Origin: Auanema rhodensis
Taxonomy: Eukaryota; Animalia; Nematoda
Assembly: GCA_964057225.1 (NCBI GenBank)
Contig: OZ059897.1
Location: 21,514,001-21,578,000, forward strand
Direction: 5' to 3'
DNA length: 64,000 nt
Position 1 is the stretch's first letter; the number at the start of each line of letters is the position of its first letter. Below, one piece after another: positions 39,401 through 54,400 of the stretch. The notes beneath the pieces were generated by a model. The model had not been told where the DNA came from, made no database searches, and saw nothing but the letters and a program-made list of their open reading frames with translations. The translations under genes and the position numbers were made by a program.

Positions 39401-42400
39401 CTAATTAAATGTACACGTGATGTGCACTTGGTATGTAACTCGCTTCACGTGAAAGATAAAGAGATGCGGTTTTCAAAATTAGATTCCCCATGTCCATATT
39501 AGTCTAAAAACAAATTTTTATTGATATTGGTTCATGGTAACCATGACTTTGAAATTTACGTGAACTTTAATTTATGCTAATTAAATGTACACGTGATTTG
39601 CACTTGGTATGTAACTCGCTTCACGTGAAAGATGAAGAGATGCGGTTTTCAAAATTAGATTCCCCATGTCCATATTAGTCTAAAAACAAATTTTTATTGA
39701 TATTGGTGCATGGTAACCATGACTTTGAAATTTACGTGAACTTTAATTTATGCTAATTAAATGTACACGTGATGTGCACTTGGTATGTAACTCGCTTCAC
39801 GTGAAAGATAAAGAGATGCGGTTTTCAAAATTAGATTCCCCATGTCCATATTAGTCTAAAAACAAATTTTTATTGATATTGGTTCATGGTAACCATGACT
39901 TTGAAATTTACGTGAACTTTAATTTATGCTAATTGAATTTACACGTGATGTGCACTTGGTATGTAACTCGCTTCACGTGAAAGATAAAGAGATGCGGTTT
40001 TCAAAATTAGATTCCCCATGTCCATATTAGTCTAAAAACTAATTTTTATTGATATTGGTTCATGGTAACCATGACTTTGAAATTTACGTGAACTTTAATT
40101 TATGCTAATTAAATGTACACGTGATGTGCACTTGGTATGTAACTCGCTTCACGTGAAAGATAAAGAGATGCGGTTTTCAAAATTAGATTCCCCATGTCCA
40201 TATTAGTTTCAAAACAAATTTTTATTGATATTGGTGCATGGTAACCATGACTTTGAAATTTACGTGAACTTTAATTTATGCTAATTAAATGTACACGTGA
40301 TGTGCACTTGGTATGTAACTCGCTTCACGTGAAAGATAAAGAGATGCGGTTTTCAAAATTAGATTCCCCATGTCCATATTAGTCTAAAACCAAATTTTTA
40401 TTGATATTGGTTCATGGTAACCATGACTTTGAAATTTACGTGAACTTTAATTTATGCTAATTAAATGTACACGTGATGTGCACTTGGTATATAACTCGCT
40501 TCACGTGAAAGATGAAGAGATGCGGTTTTCAAAATTAGATTCCGCATGTCCATATTAGTCTAAAAACAAATTTTTATTGATATTGGTTCATGGTAACCAT
40601 GACTTTGAAATTTACGTGAACTTTAATTTATGCTAATTAAATGTACACGTGATGTGCACTTGGTATGTAACTCGCTCCACGTGAAAGATAAAGAGATGCG
40701 GTTTTCAAAATTAGATTCCCCATGTCCATATTAGTCTAAAAACAAATTTTTATTGATATTGGTTCATGGTAACCATGACTTTGAAATTTACGTGAACTTT
40801 AATTTATGCTAATTAAATGTACACGTGATGTGCACTTGGTATGTAACTCGCTTCACGTGAAAGATAAAGAGATGCGGTTTTTAAAATTAGATTCCCCATG
40901 TCCATATTAGTCTAAAAACAAATTTTTATTGATATTGGTGCATGGTAACCATGACTTTGAAATTTACGTGAACTTTAATTTATGCTAATTAAATGTACAC
41001 GTGATGTGCACTTGGTATGTAACTCGCTTCACGTGAAAGATAAAGAGATGCGGTTTTCAAAATTAGATTCCCCATCTCCATATTAGTCTAAAAACAAATT
41101 TTTATTGATATTGGTGCATGGTAACCATGACTTTGAAATTTACGTGAACTTTAATTTATGCTAATTAAATGTACACGTGATGTGCACTTGGTATGTAACT
41201 CGCTTCACGTGAAAGATAAAGAGATGCGGTTTTCAAAATTAGATTCCCCATGTCCATATTAGTCTAAAAACAAATTTTTATTGATATTGGTTCATGGTAA
41301 CCATGACTTTGAATATTACGTGAACTTTAATTTATGCTAATTGAATGTACACGTGATGTGCACTTGGTATGTAACTCGCTTCACGTGAAAGATAAAGAGA
41401 TGCGGTTTTCAAAATTAGATTCCCCATGTCCATATTAGTCTAAAAACAAATTTTTATTGATATTGGTTCATGGTAACCATGACTTTGAATATTACGTGAA
41501 CTTTAATTTATGCTAATTGAATGTACACGTGATGTGCACTTGGTATGTAACTCGCTTCACGTGAAAGATAAAGAGATGCGGTTTTCAAAATTAGATTCCC
41601 CATGTCCATATTAGTCTAAAAACAAATTTTTATTGATATTGGTGCATGGTAACCATGACTTTGAAATTTACGTGAACTTAAATTTATGCTAATTAAATGT
41701 ACACGTGATGTGCACTTGGTATGTAACTCGCTTCACGTGAAAGATAAAGAGATGCGGTTTTCAAAATTAGATTCCCCATGTCCATATTAGTCTAAAAACA
41801 AATTTTTATCGATATTGGTTCATGGTAACCATGACTTTGAAATTTACGTGAACTTTAATTTATGCTAATTAAATGTACACGTGATGTGCACTTGGTATGT
41901 AACTCGCTTCACGTGAAAGAAAAAGAGATGCGGTTTTCAAAATTATATTCCCCATGTCCATATTAGTCTAAAAACAAATTTTTATTGATATTGGTGCATG
42001 GTAACCATGACTTTGAAATTTACGTGAACTTTAATTTGTGCTAATTAAATGTACACGTGATGTGCACTTGGTATGTAACTCGCTTCACGTGAAAGATAAA
42101 GAGATGCGGTTTTCAAAATTAGATTCCCCATGTCCATATTAGTCTAAAAACAAATTTTTATTGATATTGGTTCATGGTAACCATGACTTTGAAATTTACG
42201 TGAACTTTAATTTATGCTAATTAAATGTCCACGTGATTTGCACTTGGTATGTAACTCGCTTCACGTGAAAGATGAAAAGATGCGGTTTTCAAAATTAGAT
42301 TCCCCATGTCCATATTAGTCTAAAAACAAATTTTTATTGATATTGGTTCATGGTAACCATGACTTTGAAATTTACGTGAACTTTAATTTATGCTAATTAA

Positions 42401-45400
42401 ATGTACACGTGATGTGCACTTGGTATGTAACTCGCTTCACGTGAAAGATAAAGAGATGCGGTTTTCAAAATTAGATTCCCCATGTCCATATTAGTCTAAA
42501 AACAAATTTTTATTGATATTGGTTCATGGTAACCATGACTTTGAAATTTACGTGAACTTTAATTTATGCTAATTGAATTTACACGTGATGTGCACTTGGT
42601 ATGTAACTCGCTTCACGTGAAAGATAAAGAGATGCGGTTTTCAAAATTAGATTCCCCATGTCCATATTAGTCTAAAAACTAATTTTTATTGATATTGGTT
42701 CATGGTAACCATGACTTTGAAATTTACGTGAACTTTAATTTATGCTAATTAAATGTACACGTGATGTGCACTTGGTATGTAACTCGCTTCACGTGAAAGA
42801 TAAAGAGATGCGGTTTTCAAAATTAGATTCCCCATGTCCATATTAGTTTAAAAACAAATTTTTATTGATATTGGTGCATGGTAACCATGACTTTGAAATT
42901 TACGTGAACTTTAATTTATGCTAATTAAATGTACACGTGATGTGCACTTGGTATGTAACTCGCTTCACGTGAAAGATAAAGAGATGCGGTTTTCAAAATT
43001 AGATTCCCCATGTCCATATTAGTCTAAAACCAAATTTTTATTGATATTGGTTCATGGTAACCATGACTTTGAAATTTACGTGAACTTTAATTTATGCTAA
43101 TTAAATGTACACGTGATGTGCACTTGGTAGGTAACTCGCTTCACGTGAAAGATGAAGAGATGCGGTTTTCAAAATTAGATTCCCCATGTCCATATTAGTC
43201 TAAAAACAAATTTTTATTGATATTGGTTCATGGTAACCATGACTTTGAATATTACGTGAACTTTAATTTATGCTAATTGAATGTACACGTGATGTGCACT
43301 TGGTATGTAACTCGCTTCACGTGAAAGATAAAGAGATGCGGTTTTCAAAATTAGATTCCCCATGTCCATATTAGTCTAAAAACAAATTTTTATTGATATT
43401 GGTTCATGGTAACCATGACTTTGAATATTACGTGAACTTTAATTTATGCTAATTGAATGTACACGTGATGTGCACTTGGTATGTAACTCGCTTCACGTGA
43501 AAGATAAAGAGATGCGGTTTTCAAAATTAGATTCCCCATGTCCATATTAGTCTAAAAACAAATTTTTATTGATATTGGTTCATGGTAACCATGACTTTGA
43601 AATTTACGTGAACTTTAATTTATGCTAATTAAATGTACACGTGATGTGCACTTGGTATGTAACTCGCTTCACGTGAAAGATAAAGAGATGCGGTTTTCAA
43701 AATTAGATTCCCCATGTCCATATTAGTCTAAAAACAAATTTTTATTGATATTGGTGCATGGTAACCATGACTTTGAAATTTACGTGAACTTTAATTTATG
43801 CTAATTAAATGTACACGTGATGTGCACTTGGTATGTAACTCGCTTCACGTAAAAGATGAAGAGATGCGGTTTTCAAAATTAGATTCCCCATGTCCATATT
43901 AGTCTAAAAACAAATTTTTATTGATATTGGTGCATGGTAACCATGACTTTGAAATTTACGTGAACTTTAATTTATGCTAATTAAATGTACACGTGATGTG
44001 CACTTGGTATGTAACTTGCTTCACGTGAAAGATCAAGAGATGCGGTTTTCAAAATTAGATTCCCCATGTCCATATTAGTCTAAAAACAAATTTTTATTGA
44101 TATTGGTGCATGGTAACCATGACTTTGAAATTTACGTGAACTTTAATTTATGCTAATTAAATGTACACGTGATGTGCACTTGGTATGTAACTCGCTTCAC
44201 GTAAAAGATAAAGAGATTCGGTTCTCAAAATTAGATTCCCCATGTCCATATTAGTCTAAAAACAAATTTTTATTGATATTGGTGCATGGTAACCATGACT
44301 TTGAAATTTACGTGAACTTTAATTTATGCTAATTAAATGTACACGTGATGTGCACTTGGTATGTAACTCGCTTCACGTAAAAAATAAAGAGATGCGGTTT
44401 TCAAAATTAAATTCCCCATGTCCATATTAGTCTAAAAACAAATTTTTATTGATATTGGTTCATGGTAACCATGACTTTGAAATTTACGTGAACTTTAATT
44501 TATGCTAATTAAATGTACACGTGATGTGCACTTGGTATGTAACTCGCTTCACGTGAAAGATAAAGAGATTCGGTTTTCAAAATTAGATTCCCCATGTCCA
44601 TATTAGTCTAAAAACAAATTTTTATTGATATTGGTGCATGGTAACCATGACTTTGAAATTTACGTGAACTTTAATTTATGCTAATTAAATGTACACGTGA
44701 TGTGCACTTGGTATGTAACTCGCTTCACGTGAAAGATAAAGAGATGAGGTTTTTAAAATTAGATTCCCCATGTCCATATTAGTCTAAAAACAAATTTTTA
44801 TTGATATTGGTGCATGGTAACCATGACTTTGAAATTTACGTGAACTTTAATTTATGCTAATTAAATGTACACGTGATGTGCACTTGGTATGTAACTCGCT
44901 TCACGTAAAAGATGAAGAGATGCGGTTTTCAAAATTAGATTCCCCATGTCCATATTAGTCTAAAAACAAATTTTTATTGATATTGGTGCATGGTAACCAT
45001 GACTTTGAAATTTACGTGAACTTTAATTTATGCTAATTAAATGTACACGTGATGTGCACTTGGTATGTAACTCGCTTCACGTGAAAGATAAAGAGATGCG
45101 GTTTTCAAAATTAGATTCCCCATGTCCATATTAGTCTAAAAACAAATTTTTATTGATATTGGTTCATGGTAACCATGACTTTGAAATTTACGTGAACTTT
45201 AATTTATGCTAATTAAATGTACACGTGATGTGCACTTGGTATGTAACTCGCTTCACGTGAAAGATAAAGAGATGCGGTTTTCAAAATTAGATTCCCCATG
45301 TCCATATTAGTCTAAAAACAAATTTTTATTGATATTGGTTCATGGTAACCATGACTTTGAAATTTACGTGAACTTTAATTTATGCTAATTAAATGTACAC

Positions 45401-48400
45401 GTGATGTGCACTTGGTATGTAACTCGCTTCACGTGAAAGATAAAGAGATGCGGTTTTCAAAATTAGATTCCCCATGTCCATATTAGTCTAAAAACAAATT
45501 TTTATTGATATTGGTTCATGGTAACCATGACTTTGAAATTTACGTGAACTTTAATTTATGCTAATTAAATGTACACGTGATGTGCACTTGGTATGTAACT
45601 CGCTTCACGTGAAAGATAAAGAGATGCGGTTTTCAAAATTAGATTCCCCATGTCCATATTAGTTTAAAAACAAATTGTTATTGATATTGGTTCATGGTAA
45701 CCATGACTTTGAAATTTACGTGAACTTTAATTTATGCTAATTAAATGTACACGTGATGTGCACTTGGTATGTAACTCGCTTCACGTGAAAGATAAAGAGA
45801 TGCGGTTTTTAAAATTAGATTCCCCATGTCCATATTAGTCTAAAAACAAATTTTTATTGATATTGGTGCATGGTAACCATGACTTTGAAATTTACGTGAA
45901 CTTTAATTTGTGCTAATTAAATGTACACGTGATGTGCACTTGGTATGTAACTCGCTTCACGTGAAAGATAAAGAGATTCGGTTTTTAAAATTAGATTCCC
46001 CATGTCCATATTAGTCTAAAAACAAATTTTTATTGATATTGGTGCATGGTAACCATGACTTTGAAATTTACGTGAACTTAAATTTATGCTAATTAAATGT
46101 ACACGTGATGTGCACTTGGTATGTAACTCGCTTCACGTGAAAGATAAAGAGATGCGGTTTTCAAAATTAGATTCCCCATGTCCATATTAGTCTAAAAACA
46201 AATTTTTATCGATATTGGTTCATGGTAACCATGACTTTGAAATTTACGTGAACTTTAATTTATGCTAATTAAATGTACACGTGATGTGCACTTGGTATGT
46301 AACTCGCTTCACGTGAAAGATAAAGAGATGCGGTTTTCAAAATTATATTCCCCATGTCCATATTAGTCTAAAAACAAATTTTTATTGATATTGGTGCATG
46401 GTAACCATGACTTTGAAATTTACGTGAACTTTAATTTGTGCTAATTAAATGTACACGTGATGTGCACTTGGTATGTAACTCGCTTCACGTGAAAGATAAA
46501 GAGATTCGGTTTTTAAAATTAGATTCCCCATGTCCATATTAGTCTAAAAACAAATTTTTATTGATATTGGTGCATGGTAACCATGACTTTGAAATTTACG
46601 TGAACTTAAATTTATGCTAATTAAATGTACACGTGATGTGCACTTGGTATGTAACTCGCTTCACGTGAAAGATAAAGAGATGCGGTTTTCAAAATTAGAT
46701 TCCCCATGTCCATATTAGTCTAAAAACAAATTTTTATCGATATTGGTTCATGGTAACCATGACTTTGAAATTTACGTGAACTTTAATTTATGCTAATTAA
46801 ATGTACACGTGATGTGCACTTGGTATGTAACTCGCTTCACGTGAAAGATAAAGAGATGCGGTTTTCAAAATTATATTCCCCATGTCCATATTAGTCTAAA
46901 AACAAATTTTTATTGATATTGGTGAATGGTAACCATGACTTTGAAATTTACGTGAACTTTAATTTGTGCTAATTAAATGTACACGTGATGTGCACTTGGT
47001 ATGTAACTCGCTTCACGTGAAAGATAAAGAGATGCGGTTTTCAAAATTAGATTCCCCATGTCCATATCAGTCTAAAAACAAATTTTTATTGATATTGGTT
47101 CATGGTAACCATGACTTTGAAATTTACGTGAACTTTAATTTATGCTAATTAAATGTACACGTGATGTGCACTTGGTATGTAACTCGCTTCACGTGAAAGA
47201 TAAAGAGATGCGGTTTTCAAAATTAGATTCCCCATGTCCATATTAGTTTAAAAACAAATTGTTATTGATATTGGTTCATGGTAACCATGACTTTGAAATT
47301 TACGTGAACTTTAATTTATGCTAATTAAATGTACACGTCATGTGCACTTGGTATGTAACTCGCTTCACGTGAAAGATAAAGAGATGCGGTTTTTAAAATT
47401 AGATTCCCCATGTCCATATTAGTCTAAAAACAAATTTTTATTGATATTGGTGCATGGTAACCATGACTTTGAAATTTACGTGAACTTTAATTTATGCTAA
47501 TTAAATGTACACGTGATGTGCACTTGGTATGTAACTCGCTTCACGTGAAAGATAAAGAGATGCGGTTTTCAAAATTATATTCCCCATGTCCATATTAGTC
47601 TAAAAACAAATTTTTATTGATATTGGTGCATGGTAACCATGACTTTGAAATTTACGTGAACTTTAATTTGTGCTAATTAAATGTACACGTGATGTGCACT
47701 TGGTATGTAACTCGCTTCACGTGAAAGATAAAGAGATTCGGTTTTCAAAATTAGATTCCCCATGTCCATATTAGTCTAAAAACAAATTTTTATTGATATT
47801 GGTGCATGGTAACCATGACTTTGAAATTTACGTGAACTTAAATTTATGCTAATTAAATGTACACGTGATGTGCACTTGGTATGTAACTCGCTTCACGTGA
47901 AAGATAAAGAGATGCGGTTTTCAAAATTAGATTCCCCATGTCCATATTAGTCTAAAAACAAATTTTTATCGATATTGGTTCATGGTAACCATGACTTTGA
48001 AATTTACGTGAACTTTAATTTATGCTAATTAAATGTACACGTGATGTGCACTTGGTATGTAACTCGCTTCACGTGAAAGATAAAGAGATGCGGTTTTCAA
48101 AATTATATTCCCCATGTCCATATTAGTCTAAAAACAAATTTTTATTGATATTGGTGCATGGTAACCATGACTTTGAAATTTACGTGAACTTTAATTTGTG
48201 CTAATTAAATGTACACGTGATGTGCACTTGGTATGTAACTCGCTTCACGTGAAAGATAAAGAGATGCGGTTTTCAAAATTAGATTCCCCATGTCCATATT
48301 AGTCTAAAAACAAATTTTTATTGATATTGGTTCATGGTAACCATGACTTTGAAATTTACGTGAACTTTAATTTATGCTAATTAAATGTACACGTGATTTG

Positions 48401-51400
48401 CACTTGGTATGTAACTCGCTTCACGTGAAAGATGAAGAGATGCGGTTTTCAAAATTAGATTCCCCATGTCCATATTAGTCTAAAAACAAATTTTTATTGA
48501 TATTGGTTCATGGTAACCATGACTTTGAAATTTACGTGAACTTTAATTTATGCTAATTGAATTTACACGTGATGTGCACTTGGTATGTAACTCGCTTCAC
48601 GTGAAAGATAAAGAGATGCGGTTTTCAAAATTAGATTCCCCATGTCCATATTAGTCTAAAACCAAATTTTTATTGATATTGGTTCGTGGTAACCATGACT
48701 TTGAAATTTACGTGAACTTTAATTTATGCTAATTAAATGTACACGTGATGTGCACTTGGTATGTAACTCGCTTCACGTGAAAGGTAAAGAGATGCGGTTT
48801 TCAAAATTAGATTCCCCATGTCCATATTAGTCTAAAAACAAATTTTTATTGATATTGGTTCATGGTAACCATGACTTTGAAATTTACGTGAACTTTAATT
48901 TATGCTAATTAAATGTACACGTGATGTGCACTTGGTATGTAACTCGCTTCACGTGAAAGATAAAGAGATGCGGTTTTCAAAATTAGATTCCCCATGTCCA
49001 TATTAGTTTAAAAACAAATTTTTATTGATATTGGTGCATGGTAACCATGACTTTGAAATTTACGTGAACTTTAATTTATGCTAATTAAATGTACACGTGA
49101 TGTGCACTTGGTATGTAACTCGCTTCACGTGAAAGATAAAGAGATGCGGTTTTCAAAATTAGATTCCCCATGTCCATATTAGTCTAAAACCAAATTTTTA
49201 TTGATATTGGTTCGTGGTAACCATGACTTTGAAATTTACGTGAACTTTAATTTATGCTAATTAAATGTACACGTGATGTGCACTTGGTATGTAACTCGCT
49301 TCACGTGAAAGATGAAGAGATGCGGTTTTCAAAATTAGATTCCCCATGTCCATATTAGTCTAAAAACAAATTTTTATTGATATTGGTTCATGGTAACCAT
49401 GACTTTGAAATTTACGTGAACTTTAATTTATGCTAATTAAATGTACACGTGATGTGCACTTGGTATGTAACTCGCTCCACGTGAAAGATAAAGAGATGCG
49501 GTTTTCAAAATTAGATTCCCCATGTCCATATTAGTCTAAAAACAAATTTTTATTGATATTGGTTCATGGTAACCATGACTTTGAAATTTACGTGAACTTT
49601 AATTTATGCTAATTAAATGTACACGTGATGTGCACTTGGTATGTAACTCGCTTCACGTGAAAGATAAAGAGATGCGGTTTTTAAAATTAGATTCCCCATG
49701 TCCATATTAGTCTAAAAACAAATTTTTATTGATATTGGTGCATGGTAACCATGACTTTGAAATTTACGTGAACTTTAATTTATGCTAATTAAATGTACAC
49801 GTGATGTGCACTTGGTATGTAACTCGCTTCACGTGAAAGATAAAGAGATGCGGTTTTCAAAATTAGATTCCCCATCTCCATATTAGTCTAAAAACAAATT
49901 TTTATTGATATTGGTGCATGGTAACCATGACTTTGAAATTTACGTGAACTTTAATTTATGCTAATTAAATGTACACGTGATGTGCACTTGGTATGTAACT
50001 CGCTTCACGTGAAAGATAAAGAGATGCGGTTTTCAAAATTAGATTCCCCATGTCCATATTAGTCTAAAAACAAATTTTTATTGATATTGGTTCATGGTAA
50101 CCATGACTTTGAAATTTACGTGAACTTTAATTTATGCTAATTAAATGTACACGTGATGTGCACTTGGTATGTAACTCGCTTCACGTAAAAAATAAAGAGA
50201 TGCGGTTTTCAAAATTAGATTCCCCATGTCCATATTAGTTTAAAAACAAATTTTTATTGATATTGGTTCATGGTAACCATGACTTTGAAATTTACGTGAA
50301 CTTTAATTTATGCTAATTAAATGTACACGTGATGTGCACTTGGTATGTAACTCGCTTCACGTGAAAGATAAAGAGATGCGGTTTTTAAAATTAGATTCCC
50401 CATGTCCATATTAGTCTAAAAACAAATTTTTATTGATATTGGTGCATGGTAACCATGACTTTGAAATTTACGTGAACTTTAATTTATGCTAATTAAATGT
50501 ACACGTGATGTGCACTTGGTATGTAACTCGCTTCACGTAAAAGATGAAGAGATGCGGTTTTCAAAATTAGATTCCCCATGTCCATATTAGTCTAAAAACA
50601 AATTTTTATTGATATTGGTGCATGGTAACCATGACTTTGAAATTTACGTGAACTTTAATTTATGCTAATTAAATGTACACGTGATGTGCACTTGGTATGT
50701 AACTCGCTTCACGTGAAAGATAAAGAGATGCGGTTTTCAAATGTAGATTCCCCATGTCCATATTAGTCTAAAAACAAATTTTTATTGATATTGGTGCATG
50801 GTAACCATGACTTTGAAATTTACGTGAACTTTAATTTATGCTAATTAAATGTACACGTGATGTGCACTTGGTATGTAACTCGCTTCACGTGAAAGATAAA
50901 GAGATGCGGTTTTCAAAATTAGATTCCCCATGTCCATATTAGTCTAAAAACAAATTTTTATTGATATTGGTGCATGGTAACCATGACTTTGAAATTTACG
51001 TGAACTTTAATTTATGCTAATTAAATGTACACGTGATGTGCACTTGGTATGTAACTCGCTTCACGTAAAAAATAAAGAGATGCGGTTTTCAAAATTAGAT
51101 TCCCCATGTCCATATTAGTCTAAAAACAAATTTTTATTGATATTGGTTCATGGTAACCATGACTTTGAAATTTACGTGAACTTTAATTTATGCTAATTAA
51201 ATGTACACGTGATGTGCACTTGGTATGTAACTCGCTTCACGTGAAAGATAAAGAGATTCGGTTTTCAAAATTAGATTCCCCATGTCCATATTAGTCTAAA
51301 AACAAATTTTTATTGATATTGGTGCATGGTAACCATGACTTTGAAATTTACGTGAACTTTAATTTATGCTAATTAAATGTACACGTGATGTGCACTTGGT

Positions 51401-54400
51401 ATGTAACTCGCTTCACGTAAAAAATAAAGAGATGCGGTTTTCAAAATTAGATTCCCCATGTCCATATTAGTTTAAAAACAAATTTTTATTGATATTGGTT
51501 CATGGTAACCATGACTTTGAAATTTACGTGAACTTTAATTTATGCTAATTAAATGTACACGTGATATGCACTTGGTATGTAACTCGCTTCACGTGAAAGA
51601 TAAAGAGATGCGGTTTTTAAAATTAGATTCCCCATGTCCATATTAGTCTAAAAACAAATTTTTATTGATATTGGTGCATGGTAACCATGACTTTGAAATT
51701 TACGTGAACTTTAATTTATGCTAATTAAATGTACACGTGATGTGCACTTGGTATGTAACTCGCTTCACGTAAAAGATGAAGAGATGCGGTTTTCAAAATT
51801 AGATTCCCCATGTCCATATTAGTCTAAAAACAAATTTTTATTGATATTGGTGCATGGTAACCATGACTTTGAAATTTACGTGAACTTTAATTTATGCTAA
51901 TTAAATGTACACGTGATGTGCACTTGGTATGTAACTCGCTTCACGTGAAAGATAAAGAGATGCGGTTTTCAAAATTAGATTCCCCATGTCCATATTAGTC
52001 TAAAAACAAATTTTTATTGATATTGGTGCATGGTAACCATGACTTTGAAATTTACGTGAACTTTAATTTATGCTAATTAAATGTACACGTGATGTGCACT
52101 TGGTATGTAACTCGCTTCACGTGAAAGATAAAGAGATGCGGTTTTCAAAATTAGATTCCCCATGTCCATATTAGTCTAAAAACAAATTTTTATTGATATT
52201 GGTTCATGGTAACCATGACTTTGAATATTACGTGAACTTTAATTTATGCTAATTGAATGTACACGTGATGTGCACTTGGTATGTAACTCGCTTCACGTGA
52301 AAGATAAAGAGATGCGGTTTTCAAAATTAGATTCCCCATGTCCATATTAGTCTAAAAACAAATTTTTATTGATATTGGTTCATGGTAACCATGACTTTGA
52401 AATTTACGTGAACTTTAATTTATGCTAATTAAATGTACACGTGATGTGCACTTGGTATGTAACTCGCTTCACGTGAAAGATCAAGAGATGCGGTTTTCAA
52501 AATTAGATTCCCCATGTCCATATTAGTCTAAAAACAAATTTTTATCGATATTGGTGCATGGTAACCATGACTTTGAAATTTACGTGAACTTTAATTTATG
52601 CTAATTAAATGTACACGTGATGTGCACTTGGTATGTAACTCGCTTCACGTGAAAGATAAAGAGATTTGGTTTTCAAAATTAGATTCCCCATGTCCATATT
52701 AGTCTAAAAACAAATTTTTATTGATATTGGTGCATGGTAACCATGACTTTGAAATTTACGTGAACTTTAATTTATGCTAATTAAATGTACACGTGATGTG
52801 CACTTGGTATGTAACTCGCTTCACGTAAAAAATAAAGAGATGCGGTTTTCAAAATTAGATTCCCCATGTCCATATTAGTCTAAAAACAAATTTTTATTGA
52901 TATTGGTTCATGGTAACCATGACTTTGAAATTTACGTGAACTTTAATTTATGCTAATTAAATGTACACGTGATGTGCACTTGGTATGTAACTCGCTTCAC
53001 GTGATAGATAAAGAGATTCGGTTTTCGAAATTAGATTCCCCATGTCCATATTAGTCTAAAAACAAATTTTTATTGATATTGGTTCATGGTAACCATGACT
53101 TTGAATATTACGTGAACGTTAATTTATGCTAATTGAATGTACACGTGATGTGCACTTGGTATGTAACTCGCTTCACGTGAAAGATGAAGAGATGCGGTTT
53201 TTAAAATTAGATTCCCCATGTCCATATTAGTCTAAAAACAAATTTTTATTGATATTGGTTCATGGTAACCATGACTTTGAAATTTACGTGAACTTTAATT
53301 TATGCTAATTAAATGTACACGTGATGTGCACTTGGTATGTAACTCGCTTCACGTGAAAGATAAAGAGATGCGGTTTTCAAAATTAGATTCCCCATGTCCA
53401 TATTAGTCTAAAAACAAATTTTTATTGATATTGGTTCATGGTAACCATGACTTTGAAATTTACGTGAACTTTAATTTATGCTAATTAAATGTACACGTGA
53501 TGTGCACTTGGTATGTAACTCGCTTCACGTGAAAGATAAAGAGATGCGGTTTTCAAAATTAGATTCCCCATGTCCATATTAGTCTAAAAACAAATTTTTA
53601 TTGATATTGGTGCATGGTAACCATGACTTTGAAATTTACGTGAACTTTAATTTATGCTAATTAAATGTACACGTGATGTGCACTTGGTATGTAACTCGCT
53701 TCACGTAAAAGATGAAGAGATGCGGTTTTCAAAATTAGATTCCCCATGTCCATATTAGTCTAAAAACAAATTTTTATTGATATTGGTGCATGGTAACCAT
53801 GACTTTGAAATTTACGTGAACTTTAATTTATGCTAATTAAATGTACACGTGATGTGCACTTGGTATGTAACTCGCTTCACGTGAAAGATCAAGAGATGCG
53901 GTTTTCAAAATTAGATTCCCCATGTCCATATTAGTCTAAAAACAAATTTTTATTGATATTGGTGCATGGTAACCATGACTTTGAAATTTACGTGAACTTT
54001 AATTTATGCTAATTAAATGTACACGTGATGTGCACTTGGTATGTAACTCGCTTCACGTGAAAGATAAAGAGATTCGGTTTTCAAAATTAGATTCCCCATG
54101 TCCATATTAGTCTAAAAACAAATTTTTATTGATATTGGTGCATGGTAACCATGACTTTGAAATTTACGTGAACTTTAATTTATGCTAATTAAATGTACAC
54201 GTGATGTGCACTTGGTATGTAACTCGCTTCACGTAAAAAATAAAGAGATGCGGTTTTCAAAATTAGATTCCCCATGTCCATATTAGTCTAAAAACAAATT
54301 TTTATTGATATTGGTTCATGGTAACCATGACTTTGAAATTTACGTGAACTTTAATTTATGCTAATTAAATGTACACGTGATGTGCACTTGGTATTTAACT

